In this document: positions 52,101 through 64,000 of the stretch, piece after piece
Layout: each line of letters opens with the position of its first letter
Numbering within the stretch: position 1 is the stretch's first letter
Source of the DNA: Auanema rhodensis
Lineage: Eukaryota; Animalia; Nematoda
DNA length: 64,000 bases
Direction: 5' to 3'
Assembly (NCBI GenBank): GCA_964057225.1
Contig: OZ059894.1
Coordinates: 3,472,001-3,536,000 of the forward strand
Notes under the pieces: generated by a model
Told to the model about the DNA's origin: nothing
The model's input: only the letters and a program-made list of their open reading frames with translations
Databases searched by the model: none
Translations under genes and position numbers: made by a program

Positions 52101-55100
52101 ACCGCATCCCTTTATCTTTCACGTGAAGCGAGTTACATACCAAGTGCACATCATGTGTACACTTAATTAGCATAAATTAAAGTTCACGTAAATTTCAAAG
52201 TCATGGTTACCATGCACCAATATTAATAAAAATTTGTTTTTAGACTAATATGGACATAGGGAATCTAATTTTGAAAACTGCATCTCTTTATCTTTGACTT
52301 GAAGCGAGTTACATACCAAGTGCACATCATGTGTACACTTAATTAGCATAAACTAAAGTTCACGTAAATTTTAAAGTCATGGTTGCCATGCACCAATATC
52401 AATAAAAATTTGTTTTTAGACTAATATGGAAATGAGGAATCTAATTTTGAAAACCGCATCTCTTTATCTCTCACGTGAAGCGAGTTACATACCAAGCGCA
52501 CATCATGTGTACACTTAATTAGCATAAATTAAAGTTCACGTAAATTTCAAAGTCATGGTTACCATGCACCAATATCAATAAAAATTTGTTTTTAGACTAA
52601 TATGGAAATGGGGAATCTAATTTTAAAAACCGCATCTCTTCATCTTTCACGTGAAGCGAGTTACATACCAAGTGCACATCATGTGTACACTTAATTAGCA
52701 TAAATTAAAGTTCACGTAAATTTCAAAGTCATGGTTACCATCCACCAATATTAACAAAAATGTGTTTTTAGACTAATATGGACATGGGGAATCTAATTTT
52801 GAAAACCGCATCTCTTCATCTTTCACGTGAAGCGAGTTACATACCAAGTGCACATCATGTGTACACTTAATTAGCATAAATTAAAGTTCACGTAAATTTC
52901 AAAGTCATGGTTACCATGCACCAATATTAATAAAAATTTGTTTTTAGACTAATATGGACATAGGGAATCTAATTTTGAAAACTGCATCTCTTTATCTTTG
53001 ACTTGAAGCGAGTTACATACCAAGTGCACATCATGTGTACACTTAATTAGCATAAACTAAAGTTCACGTAAATTTTAAAGTCATGGTTGCCATGCACCAA
53101 TATCAATAAAAATTTGTTTTTAGACTAATATGGAAATGAGGAATCTAATTTTGAAAACCGCATCTCTTTATCTCTCACGTGAAGCGAGTTACATACCAAG
53201 CGCACATCATGTGTACACTTAATTAGCATAAATTAAAGTTCACGTAAATTTCAAAGTCATGGTTACCATGCACCAATATTAACAAAAATGTGTTTTTAGA
53301 CTAATATGGACATGGGGAATCTAATTTTGAAAACCGCATCTCTTCATCTTTCACGTGAAGCGAGTTACATACCAAGTGCACATCATGTGTACACTTAATT
53401 AGCATAAATTGAAGTTCACGTAAATTTCAAAGTCATGGTTACCATGCACCAATATCAATAAAAATTTGTTTTTAGACTAATATGGAAATGGGGAATCTAA
53501 TTTTAAAAACCGCATCTCTTCATCTTTCACGTGAAGCGAGTTACATACCAAGTGCACATCATGTGTACACTTAATTAGCATAAATTAAAGTTCACGTAAA
53601 TTTCAAAGTCATGGTTACCATCCACCAATATCAACAAAAATTTGTTTTTAGACTAATATGGACATGGGGAATCTATTTTTGAAAACCGCATCTCTTTATC
53701 TTTGACGTGAAGCGAGTTACATACCAAGTGCACATCATGTGTACACTTAATTAGCATAAATCAAAGTTCACGTAAATTTTAAAGTCATGGTTACCATGCA
53801 CCAATATCAATAAAAATTTGTTTTTAGACTAATATGGACATGGGGAATCTAATTTTGAAAACCGCATCTCTTTATCTTTGACGTGAAGCGAGTTACATAC
53901 CAAGTGCACATCATGTGTACACTTAATTAGCATAAATTAAAGTTCACGTAATTTTCAAAGTCATGGTTACCATGCATCAATATCAATAAAAATTTGTTTT
54001 TAGACTAATATGGACATGGGGAATCTAATTTTGAAAACCGCATCTCTTTATCTTTCACGTGAAGCGAGTTACATACCAAGCGCACATCATGTGTACACTT
54101 AATTAGCATAAATTAAAGTTCACGTAAATTTCAAAGTCATGGTTACCATGCACCAATATCAATAAAAATTTGTTTTTAGACTAATATGGACATGGGGAAT
54201 CTATTTTTGAAAACCGCATCTCTTTATCTTTGACGTGAAGCGAGTTACATACCAAGTGCACATCATGTGTACACTTAATTAGCATAAATTAAAGTTCACG
54301 TAAATTTTAAAGTCATGGTTACCATGCATCAATATCAATAAAAATTTGTTTTTAGACTAATATGAACATGGGGAATCTAATTTTGAAAACCCCATCTCTT
54401 CATCTTTCACGTGAAGCGAGTTACATACCAAGTGCACATCATGTGTACACTTAATTAGCATAAATTAAAGTTCACGTAAATTTTAAAGTCATGGTTACCA
54501 TGCACCAATATCAATAAAAATTTGTTTTTAGACTAATATGGACATGGGGAATCTAATTTTGAAAACCGCATCTCTTTATCTTTGACGTGAAGCGAGTTAC
54601 ATACCAAGTGCACATCATGTGTACACTTAATTAGCATAAATTAAAGTTCACGTAATTTTCAAAGTCATGGTTACCATGCATCAATATCAATAAAAATTTG
54701 TTTTTAGACTAATATGGACATGGGGAATCTAATTTTGAAAACCGCATCTCTTTATCTTTCACGTGAAGCGAGTTACATACCAAGCGCACATCATGTGTAC
54801 ACTTAATTAGCATAAATTAAAGTTCACGTAAATTTCAAAATCATGGTTACCATGCACCAATATCAATAAAAATTTGTTTTTAGACTAATATGGACATGGG
54901 GAATCTATTTTTGAAAACCGCATCTCTTTATCTTTGACGTGAAGCGAGTTACATACCAAGTGCACATCATGTGTACACTTAATTAGCATAAATTAAAGTT
55001 CACGTAAATTTTAAAGTCATGGTTACCATGCATCAATATCAATAAAAATTTGTTTTTAGACTAATATGGACATGGGGAATCTAATTTTGAAAACCGCATC

Positions 55101-58100
55101 TCTTCATCTTTCACGTGAAGCGAGTTACATACCAAGTGCACATCACGTGTACACTTAATTAGCATAAACTAAAGTTCACGTAAATTTCAAAGTCATGGTT
55201 ACCATGCACCAATATCAATAAAAATTTGTTTTTAGACTAATATGGACATGGGGAATCTATTTTTGAAAACCGCATCTTTTTATCTTTGACGTGAAGCGAG
55301 TTACATACCAAGTGCACATCATGTGTACACTTAATTAGCATAAATTAAAGTTCACGTAAATTTCAAAGTCATGGTTACCATGCACCAATATTAACAAAAA
55401 TGTGTTTTTAGACTAATATGGACATGGGGAATCTAATTTTGAAAACCGCATCTCTTCATCTTTCACGTGAAGCGAGTTACATACCAAGTGCACATCATGT
55501 GTACACTTAATTAGCATAAATTAAAGTTCACGTAAATTTCAAAGTCATGGTTACCATGCACCAATATTAATAAAAATTTGTTTTTAGACTAATATGGACA
55601 TAGGGAATCTAATTTTGAAAACCGCATCTCTTTATCTTTGACTTGAAGCGAGTTACATACCAAGTGCACATCATGTGTACACTTAATTAGCATAAATTGA
55701 AGTTCACGTAAATTTCAAAGTCATGGTTACCATCCACCAATATCAACAAAAATGTGTTTTTAGACTAATATGGACATGGGGAATCTAATTTTGAAAACCG
55801 CATCTCTTCATCTTTCACGTGAAGCGAGTTACATACCAAGTGCACATCACGTGTACACTTAATTAGCATAAATTGAAGTTCACGTAAATTTCAAAGTCAT
55901 GGTTACCATGCACCAATATCAATAAAAATTTGTTTTTAGACTAATATGGAAATGGGGAATCTAATTTTGAAAACCGCATCTCTTCATCTTTCACGTGAAG
56001 CGAGTTACATACCAAGTGCACATCATGTGTACACTTAATTAGCATAAATTAAAGTTCACGTAAATTTCAAAGTCATGGTTACCATGCACCAATATCAATA
56101 AAAATTTGTTTTTAGACTAACATGGACATGGGGAATCTAATTTTGAAAACCGCATCTCTTTATCTTTCACGTGAAGCGAGTTACATACCAAGTGCACATC
56201 ACGTGTACATTTAATTAGCATAAATTAAAGTTCACGTAAATTTCAAAGTCATGGTTACCATCCACCAATATCAACAAAAATGTGTTTTTAGACTAATATG
56301 GACATGGGGAATCTAATTTCGAAAAGCGCATCTCTTCATCTTTCACGTGAAGCGAGTTACATACCAAGTGCACATCACGTGTACACTTAATAAGCATAAA
56401 TTAAAGTTCACGTAAATTTCAAAGTCATGGTTACCATGCACCAATATCAATAAAAATTTGTTTTTAGACTAATTTGGAAATGGGGAATCTATTTTGAAAA
56501 CCGCATCTCTTCATCTTTCACGTGAAGCGAGTTACATACCAAGTGCACATCACGTGTACACTTAATTAGCATAAATTGAAGTTCACGTAAATTTCAAAGT
56601 CATGGTTACCATGCACCAATATCAATAAAAATTTTTTTTTAGACTAATATGGACATGGGGAATCTAATTTTGGAAACCGCATCCCTTTATCTTTCACGTG
56701 AAGCGAGTTACATACCAAGTGCACATCACGTGTACACTTAATAAGCATAAATTAAAGTTCACGTAAGTTTCAAAGTCATGGTTACCATGCACCAATATCA
56801 ATAAAAATTCGTTTTTAGACTAATATGGACATGAGGAATCTAATTTTTTTGAAAACCGCATCTCTTCATCTTTCACGTGAAGCGAGTTACATACCAAGTG
56901 CACATCATGTGTACACTCAATTAGCATAAATTAAAGTTCACGTAAATTTCAAAGTCATGGTTACCATGCACCAATATTAATAAAAATTTGTTTTTAGACT
57001 AATATGGACATGGGGAATCTAATTTTGAAAACCGCATCTTTTTATCTTTGACGTGAAGCGAGTTACATACCAAGTGCACATCACGTGTACACTTAATAAG
57101 CATAAATTAAAGTTCACGTAAATTTCAAAGTCATGGTTACCATGCACCAATATCAATAAAAATTTGTTTTTAGACTAACATGGACATGGGGAATCTAATT
57201 TTGAAAACCGCATCTCTTTATCTTTCACGTGAAGCGAGTTACATACCAAGTGCACATCACGTGTACATTTAATTAGCATAAATTAAAGTTCACGTAAATT
57301 TCAAAGTCATGGTTACCATCCACCAATATCAACAAAAATGTGTTTTTAGACTAATATGGACATGGGGAATCTAATTTCGAAAAGCGCATCCCTTTATCTT
57401 TCACGTGAAGCGGGTTACATACCAAGTGCACATCACGTGTACACTTAATAAGCATAAATTAAAGTTCACGTAAGTTTCAAAGTCATGGTTACCATGCACC
57501 AATATCAATAAAAATTCGTTTTTAGACTAATATGGACATGAGGAATCTAATTTTTTTGAAAACCGCATCTCTTCATCTTTCACGTGAAGCGAGTTACATA
57601 CCAAGTGCACATCATGTGTACACTCAATTAGCATAAATTAAAGTTCACGTAAATTTCAAAGTCATGGTTACCATGCACCAATATCAATAAAAATTTGTTT
57701 TTAGACTAATATGGACATGGGGAATCTAATTTTGAAAACCGCATCTCTTTATCTTTGACGTGAAGCGAGTTACATACCAAGTGCACATCACGTGTACACT
57801 TAATAAGCATAAATTAAAGTTCACGTAAATTTCAAAGTCATGGTTACCATGCACCAATATCAATAAAAATTTGTTTTTAGACTAATTTGGAAATGGGGAA
57901 TCTATTTTGAAAACCGCATCTCTTCATCTTTCACGTGAAGCGAGTTACATACCAAGTGCACATCACGTGTACACTTAATTAGCATAAATTGAAGTTCACG
58001 TAAATTTCAAAGTCATGGTTACCATGCACCAATATCAATAAAAATTTGTTTTTAGACTAATATGGAAATGGGGAATCTAATTTTGAAAACCGCATCTCTT

Positions 58101-61100
58101 CATCTTTCACGTGAAGCGAGTTACATACCAAGTGCACATCATGTGTACACTTAATTAGCATAAATTGAAGTTCACGTAAATTTCAAAGTCATGGTTACCA
58201 TGCACCAATATCAATAAAAATTTTTTTTTAGACTAATATGGAAATGGGGAATCTAATTTTGAAAACCGCATCTCTTCATCTTTCACGTGAAGCAAGTTAC
58301 ATACCAAGTGCACATCATGTGTACACTCAATTAGCATAAATTAAAGTTCACGTAAATTTCAAAGTCATGGTTACCATGCACCAATATTAATAAAAATTTG
58401 TTTTTAGACTAATATGGACATGGGGAATCTAATTTTGAAAACCGCATCTCTTTATCTTTGACGTAAAGCGAGTTACATACCAAGTGCACATCATGTGTAC
58501 ACTTAATTAGCATAAATTAAAGTTCACGTAAATTTTAAAGTCATGGTTGCCATGCACCAATATCAATAAAAATTTGTTTTTAGACTAACATGGAAATGGG
58601 GAATCTAATTTTGAAAACCGCATCTCTTTATCTTTCACGTGAAGCGAGTTACATACCAAGCGCACATCATGTGTACACTTAATTAGCATAAATTAAAGTT
58701 CACGTAAATTTCAAAGTCATGGTTACCATGCACCAATATCAATAAAAATTTGTTTTTAGACTAATATGGAAATGGGGAATCTAATTTTGAAAACCGCATC
58801 TCTTCATCTTTCACGTGAAGCGAGTTACATACCAAGTGCACATCATGTGTACACTTAATTAGCATAAATTAAAGTTCACGTAAATTTCAAAGTCATGGTT
58901 ACCATGCACCAATATTAATAAAAATTTGTTTTTAGACTAATATGGACATGGGGAATCTAATTTTGAAAACCGCATCTCTTTATCTTTGACGTGAAGCGAG
59001 TTACATACCAAGAGCACATCACGTGTACACTTAATAAGCATAAATTAAAGTTCACGTAAATTTCAAAGTCATGGTTACCATGCACCAATATCAATAAAAA
59101 TTTGTTTTTAGACTAATTTGGAAATGGGGAATCTATTTTGAAAACCGCATCTCTTCATCTTTCACGTGAAGCGAGTTACATACCAAGTGCACATCACGTG
59201 TACACTTAATTAGCATAAATTGAAGTTCACGTAAATTTCAAAGTCATTGTTACCATGCACCAATATCAATAAAAATTTGTTTTTAGACTAATATGGAAAT
59301 GGGGAATCTAATTTTGAAAACCGCATCTCTTCATCTTTCACGTGAAGCGAGTTACATACCAAGTGCACATCATGTGTACACTTAATTAGCATAAATTGAA
59401 GTTCACGTAAATTTCAAAGTCATGGTTACCATGCACCAATATCAATAAAAATTTTTTTTTAGACTAATATGGAAATGGGGAATCTAATTTTGAAAACCGC
59501 ATCTCTTCATCTTTCACGTGAAGCAAGTTACATACCAAGTGCACATCATGTGTACACTCAATTAGCATAAATTAAAGTTCACGTAAATTTCAAAGTCATG
59601 GTTACCATGCACCAATATTAATAAAAATTTGTTTTTAGACTAATATGGACATGGGGAATCTAATTTTGAAAACCGCATCTCTTTATCTTTGACGTAAAGC
59701 GAGTTACATACCAAGTGCACATCATGTGTACACTTAATTAGCATAAATTAAAGTTCACGTAAATTTTAAAGTCATGGTTGCCATGCACCAATATCAATAA
59801 AAATTTGTTTTTAGACTAACATGGAAATGGGGAATCTAATTTTGAAAACCGCATCTCTTTATCTTTCACGTGAAGCGAGTTACATACCAAGCGCACATCA
59901 TGTGTACACTTAATTAGCATAAATTAAAGTTCACGTAAATTTCAAAGTCATGGTTACCATGCACCAATATCAATAAAAATTTGTTTTTAGACTAATATGG
60001 AAATGGGGAATCTAATTTTGAAAACCGCATCTCTTCATCTTTCACGTGAAGCGAGTTACATACCAAGTGCACATCATGTGTACACTTAATTAGCATAAAT
60101 TAAAGTTCACGTAAATTTCAAAGTCATGGTTACCATGCACCAATATCAATAAAAATTTGTTTTTAGACTAATATGGACATGGGGAATCTAATTTTGAAAA
60201 CCGCATCTCTTTATCTTTCACGTGAAGCGAGTTACATACCAAGTGCACATCATGTGTACACTTAATTAGCATAAATTAAAGTTCACGTAAATTTCAAAGT
60301 CATGGTTACCATGCACCAATATCAATAAAAATTTGTTTTTAGACTAATATGGACATGGGGAATCTAATTTTGAAAACCGCATCTCTTTATCTTTCACGTG
60401 AAGCGAGTTACATACCAAGTGCACATCATGTGTACACTTAATTAGCATAAATTAAAGTTCACGTAAATTTTAAAGTCATGGTTGCCATGCACCAATATCA
60501 ATAAAAATTTGTTTTTAGACTAATTTGGAAATGGGGAATCTATTTTGAAAACCGCATCTCTTCATCTTTCACGTGAAGCGAGTTACATACCAAGTGCACA
60601 TCACGTGTACACTTAATTAGCATAAATTGAAGTTCACGTAAATTTCAAAGTCATGGTTACCATGCACCAATATCAATAAAAATTTGTTTTTAGACTAATA
60701 TGGAAATGGGGAATCTAATTTTGAAAACCGCATCTCTTTATCTTTGACGTAAAGCGAGTTACATACCAAGTGCACATCATGTGTACACTTAATTAGCATA
60801 AATTAAAGTTCACGTAAATTTCAAAGTCATGGTTACCATTCACCAATATTAATAAAAATTTGTTTTTAGACTAATATGGAAATGGGGAATCTAATTTTGA
60901 AAACCGCATCTCTTCATCTTTCACGTGAAGCGAGTTACATACCAAGTGCACATCATGTGTACACTTAATTAGCATAAATTAAAGTTCACGTGAATTTCAA
61001 AGTCATGGTTACCATGCACCAATATCAATAAAAATTCGTTTTTAGACTAATATGGACATGAGGAATCTAATTTTGAAAACCGCATCTCTTCATCTTTCAC

Positions 61101-64000
61101 GTGAAGCGAGTTACATACCAAGTGCACATCATGTGTACACTTAATTAGCATAAATTAAAGTTCACGTAAATTTCAAAGTCATGGTTACCATGCACCAATA
61201 TTGATAAAAATTTGTTTTTAGACTAATATGGACATGGGGAATCTAATTTTGAAAACCGCATCTCTTTATCTTTGACGTGAAGCGAGTTATATACCAAGTG
61301 CACATCATGTGTACACTTAATTAGCATAAACTAAAGTTCACGTAAATTTCAAAGTCATGGTTACCATGCACCAATATCAATAAAAATTTGTTTTTAGACT
61401 AACATGGACATGGGGAATCTAATTTTGAAAACCGCATCTCTTTATCTTTCACGTGAAGCGAGTTACATACCAAGCGCACATCATGTGTACACTTAATTAG
61501 CATAAATTAAAGTTCACGTAAATTTCAAAGTCATGGTTACCATGCACCAATATTAACAAAAATGTGTTTTTAGACTAATATGGACATAGGGAATCTAATT
61601 TTGAAAACCGCATCTCTTCATCTTTCACGTGAAGCGAGTTACATACCAAGTGCACATCATGTGTACACTTAATTAGCATAAATTAAAGTTCACGTAAATT
61701 TTAAAGTCATGGTTACCATGCATCAATATCAATAAAAATTTGTTTTTAGACTAATATGAACATGGGGAATCTAATTTTGAAAACCGCATCTCTTCATCTT
61801 TCACGTGAAGCGAGTTACATACCAAGTGCACATCATGTGTACACTTAATTAGCATAAATTGAAGTTCACGTAAATTTCAAAGTCATGGTTACCATGCACC
61901 AATATCAATAAAAATTTTTTTTTAGACTAATATGGAAATGGGGAATCTAATTTTGAAAACCGCATCTCTTCATCTTTCACGTGAAGCAAGTTACATACCA
62001 AGTGCACATCATGTGTACACTCAATTAGCATAAATTAAAGTTCACGTAAATTTCAAAGTCATGGTTACCATGCACCAATATTAATAAAAATTTGTTTTTA
62101 GACTAATATGGACATGGGGAATCTAATTTTGAAAACCGCATCTCTTTATCTTTGACGTAAAGCGAGTTACATACCAAGTGCACATCATGTGTACACTTAA
62201 TTAGCATAAATTAAAGTTCACGTAAATTTTAAAGTCATGGTTGCCATGCACCAATATCAATAAAAATTTGTTTTTAGACTAACATGGAAATGGGGAATCT
62301 AATTTTGAAAACCGCATCTCTTTATCTTTCACGTGAAGCGAGTTACATACCAAGCGCACATCATGTGTACACTTAATTAGCATAAATTAAAGTTCACGTA
62401 AATTTCAAAGTCATGGTTACCATGCACCAATATCAATAAAAATTTGTTTTTAGACTAATATGGAAATGGGGAATCTAATTTTGAAAACCGCATCTCTTCA
62501 TCTTTCACGTGAAGCGAGTTACATACCAAGTGCACATCATGTGTACACTTAATTAGCATAAATTAAAGTTCACGTAAATTTCAAAGTCATGGTTACCATG
62601 CACCAATATTAATAAAAATTTGTTTTTAGACTAATATGGACATGGGGAATCTAATTTTGAAAACCGCATCTCTTTATCTTTGACGTGAAGCGAGTTACAT
62701 ACCAAGAGCACATCACGTGTACACTTAATAAGCATAAATTAAAGTTCACGTAAATTTCAAAGTCATGGTTACCATGCACCAATATCAATAAAAATTTGTT
62801 TTTAGACTAATTTGGAAATGGGGAATCTATTTTGAAAACCGCATCTCTTCATCTTTCACGTGAAGCGAGTTACATACCAAGTGCACATCACGTGTACACT
62901 TAATTAGCATAAATTGAAGTTCACGTAAATTTCAAAGTCATTGTTACCATGCACCAATATCAATAAAAATTTGTTTTTAGACTAATATGGAAATGGGGAA
63001 TCTAATTTTGAAAACCGCATCTCTTCATCTTTCACGTGAAGCGAGTTACATACCAAGTGCACATCATGTGTACACTTAATTAGCATAAATTGAAGTTCAC
63101 GTAAATTTCAAAGTCATGGTTACCATGCACCAATATCAATAAAAATTTTTTTTTAGACTAATATGGAAATGGGGAATCTAATTTTGAAAACCGCATCTCT
63201 TCATCTTTCACGTGAAGCAAGTTACATACCAAGTGCACATCATGTGTACACTCAATTAGCATAAATTAAAGTTCACGTAAATTTCAAAGTCATGGTTACC
63301 ATGCACCAATATTAATAAAAATTTGTTTTTAGACTAATATGGACATGGGGAATCTAATTTTGAAAACCGCATCTCTTTATCTTTGACGTAAAGCGAGTTA
63401 CATACCAAGTGCACATCATGTGTACACTTAATTAGCATAAATTAAAGTTCACGTAAATTTTAAAGTCATGGTTGCCATGCACCAATATCAATAAAAATTT
63501 GTTTTTAGACTAACATGGAAATGGGGAATCTAATTTTGAAAACCGCATCTCTTTATCTTTCACGTGAAGCGAGTTACATACCAAGCGCACATCATGTGTA
63601 CACTTAATTAGCATAAATTAAAGTTCACGTAAATTTCAAAGTCATGGTTACCATGCACCAATATCAATAAAAATTTGTTTTTAGACTAATATGGAAATGG
63701 GGAATCTAATTTTGAAAACCGCATCTCTTCATCTTTCACGTGAAGCGAGTTACATACCAAGTGCACATCATGTGTACACTTAATTAGCATAAATTAAAGT
63801 TCACGTAAATTTCAAAGTCATGGTTACCATGCACCAATATCAATAAAAATTTGTTTTTAGACTAATATGGACATGGGGAATCTAATTTTGAAAACCGCAT
63901 CTCTTTATCTTTCACGTGAAGCGAGTTACATACCAAGTGCACATCATGTGTACACTTAATTAGCATAAATTAAAGTTCACGTAAATTTCAAAGTCATGGT
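34126..64000 (+). repeat. SatC: 176-bp satellite, ~170 monomers, runs off the window end
   Basis: The marker catggttacc lies at 37101 and 37277 (period 176). Length variants of 175, 153 and 148 bp are present. Confidence 0.98.

Overview
AT-rich eukaryotic DNA, probably from a nematode. This inference rests on H3 with A96, a histone stem-loop whose loop starts with C, and an MPPKPSAKGA H2B-type N-terminus. About 97% of the window is tandem repeat. A ~2 kb histone island holds an intact replication-dependent H3 gene and a decayed H4 that is cut off by a satellite. Three abutting satellite arrays follow. SatA (2.1-11.8 kb) has ~31 monomers of 292 or 319 bp. SatB (11.8-32.5 kb) has ~59 monomers of 351 bp and is hairpin-rich, with another fragment at 1-135. 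SatC (32.5-64 kb) has 176-bp palindrome-rich monomers and an orientation switch at ~34.13 kb. The main observation is that every SatA monomer appears to be an amplified 5' end of a histone H2B gene: promoter motifs, cap-site region, ATG-MPPKPSAKGA...KKKRNS(R)K, then a GTRAGT splice donor. This suggests a satellite born from a histone gene beside its own cluster. Other notable points: all three SatB ends fall at the same monomer position at the foot of a long hairpin, several junctions carry short templated duplications, SatC deletions remove its palindromes, and nested higher-order duplications are visible. All counts and alignments were made by eye and no database search was run.
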